From a virus: a DNA stretch of 64,000 nt. The position numbers and the translations under genes were made by a program. The stretch's first letter is position 1. Each line of letters begins with the position of its first letter. The DNA is taken from the IMG/VR virus record IMGVR_UViG_3300050343_000185. One strand, 5' to 3'. Of this stretch, positions 10,367-18,989 are shown in pieces. The notes below the pieces were generated by a model that searched no databases, was not told where the DNA came from, and saw nothing but the letters and a program-made list of their open reading frames with translations.

Positions 10367-10506
10367 GATAAACCTCCTTGGTATAGAATAAAACTAAATC
10401 ATAACTAAGATTTATTTCTTACATCACTAGTCCCCATTTCTATAACTAATTATAAGGGTTTCCTAACATTTTAGCATCCGTAAATATGCTTAAAAATAAA
10501 TAGGCA

Positions 10507-10536
10507 CAAAAAAAGAAGGGCGTTAACCCTTCTTTT
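10507..10536 (-). terminator. intrinsic terminator
   Basis: GAAGGG-TTAACG-CCCTTC followed by T7, with flanking A/T tracts (possibly bidirectional). Confidence 0.75.
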
Positions 10537-10553
10537 ACAAGTTTACAAGTAAC

Positions 10554-10721
10554 TCACTTACTGTAGGTACGACCACGATAACAGAATGTGCCGTGGGGTT
10601 CCTTTAATTCGACACAACGTGTAGTATACTCAACACCACGATATGAGGTGTGATTAATCTGTGCGTCGTGAAGAGCAGATGCTTTGTTGATCTGCTTTCT
10701 GATGATGTTTAGTGTGTTCAT
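10554..10721 (-). CDS. 55-aa DUF4278-like small protein (not in ORF track)
   Basis: MNTLNIIRKQINKASALHDAQINHTSYRGVEY..FCYRGRTYSK: two YRG motifs; SD GGAG at 10733-10730. Confidence 0.75.
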   Translation of the reverse strand: MNTLNIIRKQINKASALHDAQINHTSYRGVEYTTRCVELKEPHGTFCYRGRTYSK

Positions 10722-10727
10722 TTGTCA

Positions 10728-10980
10728 GTCTCCTGAAGTTAGGGTTTTTAATCCCCGTTCCTTCAGTCGTGTGCGTCCCAGAAACACTCAGGGGTAGATT
10801 CCTTTACGGTCTCTATCAACTCTACCTTAAAAGCATTTGAGATATTCTCATTTGCTTTCATCTTAAGCATGATTGTATCAGCTTGTTGGCAGGTGAGTGA
10901 TGAATAGAATAATAGTTCTAACATGGGATGAACGGCTCCGTTCCGCGACTTACTTGCGTCCTCCTTGCGGGGGATGAACG
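10728..10980 (-). ncRNA. tandem Downstream-peptide / glutamine-II riboswitch-like RNA
   Basis: Unit 1: CGTTCA-TCC..GGA-CGCAAGTAAGTCGC-GGAACG (10980-10939). Unit 2: CGTTCA-TCCCA (10934-10924) ... TGGGA-CGCACACGACTGAA-GGAACG (10780-10756), with pseudoknot partner CTTCAG at the SD of a DUF4278-like gene. Confidence 0.65.
10763..10924 (-). CDS. 53-aa small protein nested in the riboswitch-like RNA (not in ORF track)
   Basis: Intact ORF MLELLFYSSLTCQQADTIMLKMKANENISNAFKVELIETVKESTPECFWDAHD*. Confidence 0.7.
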   Translation of the reverse strand: MLELLFYSSLTCQQADTIMLKMKANENISNAFKVELIETVKESTPECFWDAHD

Positions 10981-11017
10981 TATGGTAATTATACCATACT
11001 TTATTTATGATCGCAAG
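10981..11017 (-). promoter_or_regulatory. dual early/late promoter of the riboswitch-like locus
   Basis: TTGCGA-17 nt-TATAAT (extended TG) with CATAAATA inside the spacer; inverted repeat TATGGTA..TACCATA over the -10/TSS. Confidence 0.7.
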
Positions 11018-11287
11018 TCAAGTTCCAGATAGATAAAATGCATCTCCTCTCGCATGACAGACTCTCTTGACCTGTGCGTCATAGATAGGAACTGTTCCAG
11101 CACCAGTGATTAAATTCTTAGCAAAGTCAAATGCTTCTTTAAATCTACCAAATTTATACACATCGTCATAAGTTTTAGCAGACATAAGAACACCATCCTT
11201 CCTCCATGTCTTCATCGTATGCCAGACAGTAGGTTCAGATAATTTACGATAGAAAATACACCAGTTACCAGTTTGATTTGCACTCAT
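11018..11287 (-). CDS. conserved cyanophage hypothetical protein
   Basis: 89-aa ORF in an overlapping operon. Confidence 0.6.
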   Translation of the reverse strand: MSANQTGNWCIFYRKLSEPTVWHTMKTWRKDGVLMSAKTYDDVYKFGRFKEAFDFAKNLITGAGTVPIYDAQVKRVCHARGDAFYLSGT

Positions 11288-11541
11288 TTGCTTTTCTTGT
11301 TAGGATTTTGCCAGAGTTTAGGATTAGCTCTACCCTCTGTTTGTTTCATACTAATCACACTATGATACTTGTCCCAATAATGATCAAATATCTCTGATTG
11401 CTTGGCAGATATAACAATGTCATGTTGAACACCACCTTCAACACTATACTCAATAATGTAAGCGGTACATGGTAGTGATGTATCTTTTGCTAATTCAGGA
11501 TCACAATTTTCATGAAGTAAATTCAAGAGCGACCTCCCCAT
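11284..11541 (-). CDS. conserved cyanophage hypothetical protein
   Basis: LLHENCDPELA....LP.TAYIIEY..DIVIS..IFDHYWDKY..GRANPKLW. Confidence 0.65.
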   Translation of the reverse strand: MGRSLLNLLHENCDPELAKDTSLPCTAYIIEYSVEGGVQHDIVISAKQSEIFDHYWDKYHSVISMKQTEGRANPKLWQNPNKKSK

Positions 11542-11954
11542 TGAATCTGGGGATATGCTTCTTCAACACACTGCTTAGTAATCTTCCAACGTTTGCCTAG
11601 TTTCTTGTCCTTCATCAAACATAATACCTCTGCTTCTCCATGATGAAGACCTTCGAGGAGTTGAATGAACAAGGTTTCACGACGACTTTGAGATACATTC
11701 GCTCCACCTTTAAAGAAGAGATAGAGTTTACGATACTCATGAACTAGTTTCGTATGCTCTGTATCTTCTGGTGCTTCATTCTTTTCATAGGGAACTTCAC
11801 CTTCCGGAAGCATAGAAATAATGCTCTCATCAAAGTTGGCAATTAGAATTTGCCTGAGTGCTGGAGAGTTATGCTCCACCAAAAGTTTAATTTTTTGTGC
11901 CTTAGTCTTAGCGTTGCTTATTTTTTGCAGCACTTCATTCAGTAATAATTGCAT
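11523..11954 (-). CDS. conserved T4-like phage hypothetical protein
   Basis: LLNEVLQK..K..KI.LL....SPALR.IL..NFD..LPEGEVPY..RRETLFIQLLEGLH..EA. Confidence 0.75.
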   Translation of the reverse strand: MQLLLNEVLQKISNAKTKAQKIKLLVEHNSPALRQILIANFDESIISMLPEGEVPYEKNEAPEDTEHTKLVHEYRKLYLFFKGGANVSQSRRETLFIQLLEGLHHGEAEVLCLMKDKKLGKRWKITKQCVEEAYPQIQWGGRS

Positions 11955-11979
11955 GACCTAATTAATATCATAAGTGTAT

Positions 11980-12204
11980 TTATTCTTCTTCAAGTTCCTC
12001 TTCATCTACAAAGCGAACTGATAGAAGTTCTTCGTTGATCCATTGACCGTCTCCATCTAACATTTCTGGGTGGATGTTATCTTCTTGCATACGATACATG
12101 TACTCATGGAGTTTTTCGTTTGCTGTCCACCCAGCAATCACACCTACACATAAAAATATAAAAGAAACAGTTGCTGAGAAATAAACTATGGTTGCTTGCG
12201 TCAT
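11980..12204 (-). CDS. small single-TM hypothetical protein
   Basis: N-terminal TM helix followed by HPEMLDGDG..LLSVRF. Confidence 0.65.
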   Translation of the reverse strand: MTQATIVYFSATVSFIFLCVGVIAGWTANEKLHEYMYRMQEDNIHPEMLDGDGQWINEELLSVRFVDEEELEEE

Positions 12205-12219
12205 TGGTTCAACTCCAAT

Positions 12220-12357
12220 TTAAATTTGCTTGCTGTCCCACAAAAGTTCAAAGTTGAAATAGACTCTTCGCTTTAGTAGGGTAAAAAACCTAGTGATAGC
12301 GATACCTTTTGATGGGGGTTTCGCTTCTTCCTTTTCTGCCTTCGCCCCCCGAAGCAT
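12220..12357 (-). CDS. 45-aa hypothetical protein (not in ORF track)
   Basis: MLRGAKAEKEE..FFTLLKRRVYFNFELLWDSKQI; ATAAATA upstream. Confidence 0.5.
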   Translation of the reverse strand: MLRGAKAEKEEAKPPSKGIAITRFFTLLKRRVYFNFELLWDSKQI

Positions 12358-12389
12358 TAGTTCTATGCCTTTATTTATTTTAAGATCTT

Positions 12390-12635
12390 TCACTTTTTTG
12401 GTGCAGAGACTAATCCATTTTCCAATAAGAATTTAGCAGTCTCTACCAGACCACCAATTTCTTTTCCATCCATAATAACATAAGGAAAAGAACTTGCTTC
12501 GGGATAATCGACACGAAGTTCATCTCCGTTATTACACAACTGCTCATCATATTCAGTGATGTTCGCACGTTCAAAGAGTTGCTTTAACTTACTACAATAA
12601 GAACACCCTGGTGTAGAATAAACTTTAATCTTCAT
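12390..12635 (-). CDS. grx: glutaredoxin (NrdC/NrdH-like)
   Basis: KVYSTPGCSYC..SFPYVIMDGKEIGG: CxxC active site and cis-Pro motif. Confidence 0.9.
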   Translation of the reverse strand: MKIKVYSTPGCSYCSKLKQLFERANITEYDEQLCNNGDELRVDYPEASSFPYVIMDGKEIGGLVETAKFLLENGLVSAPKK

Positions 12636-13591
12636 TGTACTTTTCCAATAACCCAAGACATCATACCATAAGGTGTGTCAGAAATCAAGGTCTGAGTTAG
12701 TTCTGCTACATCTGGTGGCACAACTAAACAGAATCCAATACCACAGTTGAATACATTACGCATCTCTTCCTCAGCAATGTCTCCTGCCTCCTGGATCTTG
12801 GTAAAGAGTTCTGGTCTCTCCCAAGCAGAATAGTCAACGTCAACTGTAAGACCCTTTGGAAGGCATCGTGGGAGGTTCTCAGGCAGTCCTCCACCTGTGA
12901 TGTGTGCCATGCCTAGGATAGGAACTTCATCCAACAGGTGCTGGATCAGACGAGCATAGATGGTAGTTGGAACCAACAGCTCGGGCATCTCCTTATAGAA
13001 AATATAATTTCTCCACAGCATATCATTGACCAGTGTGTATCCATTACTATGAAGACCACTACTCTCAATACCTATGACTACATCACCAGGTCGGATGTTA
13101 CTGCCATCAACAATCTGATTCTTCTCTACAATACCAGTACAGAAACCAGCAAGGTCATAATCATGTGCCCTGAAATGCTCTGCTGTTTCTCCACCAACAA
13201 GTTCCATCCCTGCCATTGTACAACCAACATTAATCCCATACACAATGTCACTCACATTAGCATCAAGTGTTTTGGCAGAGACATAATCTAAAAAATATAA
13301 TGGTTTAGCACCAGAACATATAACGTCATTGACGCACATAGCAACGAGATCCTGACCAATAGTGGTGTAATCATCAGCAATCCTACAGATATTAATTTTA
13401 GTTCCGACACCATCAGCACCAGATACCAGCACAGGTTTCTCATATCCTGATGGGACCTCCATCATTCCACTGAAACCACCAAATCTTAGGTGCCAATACC
13501 TTTAGATACTCTACAAAGGAACGTCCCTTGAGATGTCAACGCCGTCCATTACCTTTAATAATATCAACGTCCAGCAAGTTTTATAGTCCAT
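12632..13591 (-). CDS. purM: phosphoribosylaminoimidazole (AIR) synthetase, N-terminus frameshifted
   Basis: DGVGTK..GQDLVAMCVND..GAKPLYFLDY..VGGETAEH..SSGLHSNGY..HITGGGL.ENLPR..FNCGIGF. Confidence 0.93.
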
Positions 13592-13871
13592 TAGTGAATT
13601 TCTCCTTTGATAATTTGTTCACGGTTCACGACGTTTTAGTTTCCATACGATGTAATCCATGGTAGGGATACACATGAGGATTCCAACCAACAAAGTTGAG
13701 TGATTCTCCACTTGGTATCTTCCAACACTCAGCATCATCATTGTCAAGGTCTAATGATTTACGATACTGCATCATCACCAAGTAGAACAACTGCTCTCTC
13801 TGCTGCATTCAAACTAGTGAAAGCAAGAAAACCAAGTTCTTCTTAATCTCATCAGGGATTTGATGTTTCAT
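13591..13871 (-). CDS. conserved hypothetical protein, frameshifted
   Basis: MKHQIPDEIKK..YRKSLDLDNDDAECWKIPSGES..VGWNP between purC and purM. Confidence 0.5.
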
Positions 13872-14565
13872 TGAATAGCAAGGGGTTGTAGTCTCTCAAG
13901 GATCTCACGATAAGCAGGGACGATATCACCTTCATCGTTTCTGAATAGATCCTTATCGAATCTTTCATCACCACCAATCTTCCACAATCTCATACTATCA
14001 GGACTGATCTCATCAGCAAGTAGCAACTCACCATGAGCAGTGTATCCATACTCAACTTTAAAATCAACCAGATCAATACCTAAGATGTAGAACAATGAAC
14101 GGAGAATGTCATTGATACGTAGAGTCATCTCAATGAAAGGTTCTGGATCATATCCCATCAGACGCACACGATCTCTTGTCAACAGAGGATCATGCTTGTT
14201 ATCATCCTTCAAGAAGAACTCAACAATAGGATGTGGTAGTGAGTAACCTTCTTGTAGAGTTGTCTCACGAACAATAGATCCAGCAGCACGGTTCCTACAA
14301 ATAACTTCCAGTGGAACGATGTCTACTTTCCTACAGATCATCTTGTTAGCACCAACCATATTAATATAATGTGTTGGGATATGTTCTTTGGCAAGTTTCT
14401 CAAAGATAAGAGCAGAAATACTACAGCAGAGGGATCCTTTTCCTAAAGGATGATCAACCATCTCACCGTTGCCTGCTGTCACCTTATCATGATACTCAAT
14501 GATGACACGATCAGCATCGTCACCAGATACACAGTTTTGACCTTGCCTTCTACAATTACTTCCAT
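13868..14565 (-). CDS. purC: SAICAR synthetase (indel near the N-terminus)
   Basis: EGKVKTVY..YHDKVTAGNG..PTHYI..PLEVICRNRAAGS..LVDFKVEYG..LADEISPDSMRLW..FDKDLFR. Confidence 0.93.
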
Positions 14566-14589
14566 AGAAATAGGGCGTTTAACTTTCAT

Positions 14590-14628
14590 AGTATACAATA
14601 AAAAAGCACTCCCGTCAAGGAGTGCTGT
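14590..14628 (-). terminator. intrinsic terminator fused with a sigma70 promoter for purC
   Basis: AGCACTCC-TTGACG-GGAGTGC-T6. TTGACG (14618-14613) is 17 nt from TATACT (14595-14590). Confidence 0.8.
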
Positions 14629-14685
14629 GTCGGTTTAGGAGGTGGTCTGAATGGACAGTCTGGACATCCAGCACCACAACATCCT

Positions 14686-14890
14686 CTAGAAAGGTTCAGT
14701 GAAGTGCTTACCGATAACTTCGATACGTTCTTCTTCATGAGCAATGATATCTAGTTGTTCTTGAATAGCAGCAAGCACATTGCTCACCATACCAACAGTA
14801 TACTTCTACGTTTGCTTTTGCTTTGGCAATATTACCTTGAGCATCAGCAAGTAGAGCATCTAACATTTTAACGCGAAGATTACAAGACAT
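14686..14890 (-). CDS. small conserved hypothetical protein, frameshifted
   Basis: MSCNLRVKMLDALLADAQGNIAKAKANVEVY..AAIQEQLDIIAHEEERIEVIGKHF. Confidence 0.55.
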
Positions 14891-14909
14891 AATAATTTTA
14901 GATTTGTTT

Positions 14910-15117
14910 TATTTATTGTATAGATCTTCCAGTTTTTCTCTGGATAGATCTACATACATCAACTCTTCACCTGCTTGTGGTGCTTCTGGATGACGTGGTT
15001 TAGGTCTATTCATTTCTACTTTAATAGATTGAATGTTAGACCCACATCATAGCGAAGGCACCACCAGCAATGAGAGCGAAGCATATGAAGTATAGTGTGA
15101 CTTCAAATTGGTTCACA
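14910..15117 (-). CDS. small membrane protein (DUF2973-like), frameshifted
   Basis: [43 protein letters not shown] downstream of psbD. Confidence 0.5.
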
Positions 15118-16171
15118 GTGCGTTACCTCTAGGTAGAACTTCTTCAGGGAAGATGAAGTTTTCATGTGGTTGATCAGCAGGTGCCAACCAAGCACGTAGT
15201 CCTTCATTCAATAGGATGTTCTTTGTGTAGAACGTCTCGAACTCAGGATCTTCTGCTGCTCTGATCTCTTGACTTACGAAATCGTAAGCACGAAGATTGA
15301 GAGCAAGCCCAATAATGCCAATAGAGGATGTCCAAAGACCCATAACAGGCACAAACAACATAAAGAAATGAAGCCAACGCTTGTTAGAAAACGCAACCCC
15401 GAAGATCTGCGACCAGAAGCGGTTTGCAGTGACCATAGAATAAGTCTCCTCCTCTTGCGTTGAATCAAATGCCTTAAAGGTGTTTGCCTGTTCTCCATCT
15501 TCATACAGAGTATTCTCTACTGTTACACCATGGATTGCTGATAGCAATGCTCCACCCAGTATACCAGCAACTCCCATCATATGGAAGGGGTTGAGGGTCC
15601 AGTTGTGGAAACCCTGAAGGAACAATAGGAACCTGAAGATTGCTGCTACCCCAAAGGACGGAGCAAAGAACCATGAGGACTGACCCAGTGGATAGATAAG
15701 GAACACGCTGACAAAGACAGCGATAGGACCAGAGAATGCAATAGCATTGTAAGGACGGATACCAATGAGACGTGCCAGTTCAAACTGCGTAAGCATGAAT
15801 CCAATGAGGGCGAAGGCACCGTGGAGAGCCACGAAATTCCAGAGTCCCCCAAGTTGGCACCACCGCTGGAAATTCCCCTGAGACTCAGGACCCCAAAGTA
15901 GAAGAAGAGAATGACCCATAGCATCAGCAGGCGTCGAGACAGCTGCCGTAAGAAAGTTAGCACCTTCAAGATAGGAAGAAGCAAGACCGTGGGTGTACCA
16001 ACTCGTAACAAAAGCTGTGCCAGTAAGCCAACCGCCAATGGCAAGATAAGCAGTGGGAAGAAGTAGTAGTCCAGACCAGCCCACAAAGACAAAGCGGTCG
16101 CGTTTAACCCAGTCGTCCAGGACATCGAACCACCCCCTTGTTGGTGTTGTAAGTGTACTTAGTTAAGTCAT
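15113..16171 (-). CDS. psbD: photosystem II D2 protein
   Basis: [47 protein letters not shown]; indel in the first codons. Confidence 0.98.
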
Positions 16172-16230
16172 TTTTTGTTTACCGTAGACATAAAACTTTA
16201 CATTATAGCACCCATCAAGAAAAAAATAGC

Positions 16231-16255
16231 AGGGGTCCGATAATTAAAGACCCCT
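16231..16255 (-). terminator. hairpin after psbA (probable terminator)
   Basis: AGGGGTC..GACCCCT stem followed by a T-tract within a few nt. Confidence 0.55.
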
Positions 16256-16315
16256 AAGCAGTTATTATCCATAAAACTTTACATTATTCAAATTACCCCG
16301 GTATTATAGAATCAA

Positions 16316-17410
16316 CTATTGGATTTTGAAATCAACCAACAGAAGGAGCAACAAGGCCACAGGTGTGGACTCAGCTGCTGCAAGATCAAGCGGGAAGTTG
16401 TGCGCGTTGCGCTCGTGCATGACTTCCATACCGAGACCTGCACGGTTCAATACGTCTGCCCAGGTGTTGAGGACACGTCCTTGTCCGTCGAGGATGGACT
16501 GGTTGAAGTTGAATCCATTGAGGTTAAATGCCATGGTGCTTACGCCCAGTGCAGTGAACCAGATTCCAACAACAGGCCATGCTGCAAGGAAGAAGTGCAG
16601 TGAACGTGAGTTGTTGAAGGATGCATATTGGAAGATCAAACGACCGAAGTAACCATGTGCTGCGACGATGTTGTATGTCTCTTCTTCTTGTCCGAACTTG
16701 TAACCATAGTTCTGTGACTCAGTTTCAGTCGTCTCACGGACGAGTGAAGATGTAACCAAAGAACCGTGCATGGCGGAGAACAATGAACCACCGAAGACAC
16801 CTGCGACTCCGAGCATGTGGAAGGGGTGCATCAGGATGTTGTGCTCTGCTTGGAAGACAAGCATGTAGTTAAATGTACCACTGATACCAAGTGGCATTGC
16901 GTCAGAGAATGAACCTTGACCGAAAGGATAGACGAGGAATACAGCAGATGCTGCAGCGACTGGAGCAGAGTATGCTACACAGATCCAGGGACGCATACCT
17001 AAACGGTATGAAAGTTCCCACTCACGTCCCATGTAGGCATAGATGCCGATAAGGAAGTGAAATACTACGAGTTGGAAAGGACCACCGTTATACAGCCACT
17101 CATCAAGTGATGCGGCTTCCCAGATGGGATAGAAGTGAAGACCAATTGCGTTGGAAGATGGTACAACTGCACCAGAGATGATGTTGTTACCATACATGAG
17201 TGAACCAGCGACGGGTTCACGGATGCCGTCGATGTCCACAGGGGGAGCAGCGACGAAGGCGACGATGAAACAGATGGTTGCTGCCAACAGAGTTGGAATC
17301 ATCAGTACGCCGAACCAACCGACATAGAGGCGGTTATTGGTAGAAGTTACCCACTCGCAGAAAGATTCCCACGATGAGGTTGATTGTTGCCTTGAAAGTG
17401 TTGAAGCCAT
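16316..17410 (-). CDS. psbA: photosystem II D1 protein, intron-less; true stop probably near 16333
   Basis: Full D1 sequence ..[28 protein letters not shown]; a 1-nt deletion turns the expected ALVAPSVG* into [13 protein letters not shown]. Confidence 0.99.
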   Translation of the reverse strand: MASTLSRQQSTSSWESFCEWVTSTNNRLYVGWFGVLMIPTLLAATICFIVAFVAAPPVDIDGIREPVAGSLMYGNNIISGAVVPSSNAIGLHFYPIWEAASLDEWLYNGGPFQLVVFHFLIGIYAYMGREWELSYRLGMRPWICVAYSAPVAAASAVFLVYPFGQGSFSDAMPLGISGTFNYMLVFQAEHNILMHPFHMLGVAGVFGGSLFSAMHGSLVTSSLVRETTETESQNYGYKFGQEEETYNIVAAHGYFGRLIFQYASFNNSRSLHFFLAAWPVVGIWFTALGVSTMAFNLNGFNFNQSILDGQGRVLNTWADVLNRAGLGMEVMHERNAHNFPLDLAAAESTPVALLLLLLVDFKIQ

Positions 17411-17545
17411 TGTATTAAAAAAAAAGTAAGATCATCAGGGAAATGATGGTTTTACTATTCCTGTATCACCCTTAGATACAGGTATGAAAGACGTGATTTA
17501 GACACCCTATAGGTCTTGGTTTAAGGGGTGTTACGAAACGTTAAG
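17411..17545 (-). ncRNA. PhotoRC-II-like structured psbA 5' leader
   Basis: AGACCTATAGGGTGTCT..CGTCTTTCATACCTGTATC-TAAGGGT-GATACAGG-AATAGTAAAACCATCA-TTTCCC-TGATG hairpins upstream of phage psbA; family recalled, not searched. Confidence 0.6.
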
Positions 17546-17574
17546 AAATGTTTTGATTCCTTAACTTGCCGATG

Positions 17575-17608
17575 TATTTAGTATAGCAGGTTGTGCTATG
17601 TCCGTCAA
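17575..17608 (-). promoter_or_regulatory. dual early/late psbA promoter
   Basis: TTGACG (17608-17603), 17 nt, TATACT, overlapping late box CTAAATA (17581-17575). Confidence 0.8.
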
Positions 17609-17636
17609 CCCCTGAAAGATGAGTGATTATACTCAA

Positions 17637-17810
17637 CTAGTAGGAGGGGTCTTCCGAACTGGGATCAGTATAGCACGTTTCTACCTCCCAGTGCTTCCAA
17701 TCTACCTCTCTTTTTGCTATCATTTGTTCCAGTTCCTCAACTGTCATACACACTTTGACAGGTTTACTAGTCTCCTTGTCGTAGATATGGAACATTTGTG
17801 TATCAATCAT
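17637..17810 (-). CDS. 57-aa hypothetical protein (not in ORF track)
   Basis: MIDTQMFHIYDKETSKPVKVCMTVEELEQMIAKREVDWKHWEV.. intact ORF on the operon strand. Confidence 0.6.
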   Translation of the reverse strand: MIDTQMFHIYDKETSKPVKVCMTVEELEQMIAKREVDWKHWEVETCYTDPSSEDPSY

Positions 17811-17833
17811 TACTTATTTTAATTCGGACAATA

Positions 17834-17870
17834 AAAAAGGGACCTTCTGTTATGTGGCAGAGGTCCCTTT
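17834..17870 (-). terminator. intrinsic terminator
   Basis: AAAGGGACCTCTG..CAGAAGGTCCCTTTTTT. Confidence 0.75.
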
Positions 17871-17892
17871 AGGCGGCGACGATATATTTTAT

Positions 17893-18018
17893 TTAGGCAG
17901 GATTGGTAACAGGAACCATCATGCCACCACCACCTTGATCATCATCGTCAATATCAATATCAGATAGGACTGCGTTAATAATAAAAAGAAGTACTAGACC
18001 TGATGCGAACATTAACAT
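17893..18018 (-). CDS. 41-aa membrane peptide with acidic/Gly motif
   Basis: MLMFASGLVLLFIINAVLSDIDIDDDDQGGGGMMVPVTNPA*. Confidence 0.6.
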   Translation of the reverse strand: MLMFASGLVLLFIINAVLSDIDIDDDDQGGGGMMVPVTNPA

Positions 18019-18138
18019 TTACCATACCCCTGGAATAATTTGTCCTGTGGTTGCATAAGTTCCAACGGCTACGATGAAACCAAGCATTGCTAGACGTGAG
18101 TTGAGGATCTCTGCCTCAGGTGTGAATCCGAATTTCAT
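18019..18138 (-). CDS. hli: high-light-inducible protein (39 aa, not in ORF track)
   Basis: MKFGFTPEAEILNSRLAMLGF..TTGQIIPGVW: AExxNxRxAMxG chlorophyll-binding motif. Confidence 0.92.
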   Translation of the reverse strand: MKFGFTPEAEILNSRLAMLGFIVAVGTYATTGQIIPGVW

Positions 18139-18284
18139 TTGTTTTGCTCCTGTGATTTGTTGTAGATAATGACTCTGCCATTTTCATGAGTGAATACTAA
18201 TTCATCATGATGCCCCCAGCAGAGTTCTTCGTAAAGGGCATTTAGTTTCTCCATGTCTTCATAGAGAGCATTAGGATTTGTCAT
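18135..18284 (-). CDS. 49-aa conserved cyanophage hypothetical protein
   Basis: MTNPNALYEDMEKLNALYEELCWGHHDEL..; ATGA-coupled to hli. Confidence 0.6.
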   Translation of the reverse strand: MTNPNALYEDMEKLNALYEELCWGHHDELVFTHENGRVIIYNKSQEQNK

Positions 18285-18608
18285 CTTCCTCCTTAACTTC
18301 CCAAGAACCACCTACACCGCCGTCCATGTTGACAACAATGTCTGATGTCTTTGAATGATGAGGTTCGTGTGGTCTATCCATGGGTTGAGACTTAGTGTCA
18401 TCATTCCTGGATAGATTTTTAAGGACGATGAATGCATCCTTATTATATTTGCGATCCCCGTATTGGGCTGCCCACTTTTTGTTGTACTCTTCACCTTGGT
18501 AGATACCAGATACCTGTGTACCACCAATCTCAATTACAATGTTATCATTTCTGACATCCCAACCGAGAGTTGCAATCTGATTCCAAAGATCATCTTGTGT
18601 AAATTCAT
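18271..18608 (-). CDS. conserved hypothetical protein (indel at the start)
   Basis: Repaired frame: EFTQDDLWNQIATLGWDVRNDNIVIEIGGTQVSGIYQGEEYNKKWAAQYGDRKYNKDAFIVLKNLSR. Confidence 0.55.
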
Positions 18609-18901
18609 CAGTAAAGACTCTCTTCCTGTTCAGTCAAGACTACGCAATCGCTAGTGGGATATGACACACAGGTCAGAATAAATCCTGACTCCATTTGATC
18701 GTCATCCAAGAACGATTGATCGCTTTGATCTACACTACCACTCTCAAGTTTACCAGCACAGGATGAACAAGCACCAGCGCGGCATGAATAATTAATATCA
18801 ACACCTGCTTCTTCAGCGGCGTCGAGGATGTACTGATCGTCTTCACAAGGGAAGGACTCTTCAGTTCCATCTGGTGCTCTAGTTGTGATAGTAAATGCCA
18901 T
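18608..18901 (-). CDS. petF: plant-type [2Fe-2S] ferredoxin
   Basis: [36 protein letters not shown]. Confidence 0.97.
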   Translation of the reverse strand: MAFTITTRAPDGTEESFPCEDDQYILDAAEEAGVDINYSCRAGACSSCAGKLESGSVDQSDQSFLDDDQMESGFILTCVSYPTSDCVVLTEQEESLY

Positions 18902-18987
18902 TAGTATGTTTCAGAAAGTTGTTCTACAGAATATGCCAGTGCTACTAGGAACACGACACTTACCATTGTAAAGAATGATGCCGCCAT
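18901..18987 (-). CDS. 28-aa hydrophobic peptide
   Basis: [28 protein letters not shown], coupled TAATG to petF. Confidence 0.5.
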   Translation of the reverse strand: MAASFFTMVSVVFLVALAYSVEQLSETY

Positions 18988-18989
18988 TG

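Noticed and set aside
15113-17410. Group I intron or homing endonuclease in or next to psbA/psbD
   Set aside because: Both reading frames are continuous and of normal length, and the spacer is only about 150 nt. thyX, nrdA, nrdB and gp43 also show no extra length for introns or inteins.
17619-17822. Plus-strand ORF upstream of psbA
   Set aside because: It is antisense to a better 57-aa minus-strand ORF and to the psbA promoter; no RBS or promoter support.
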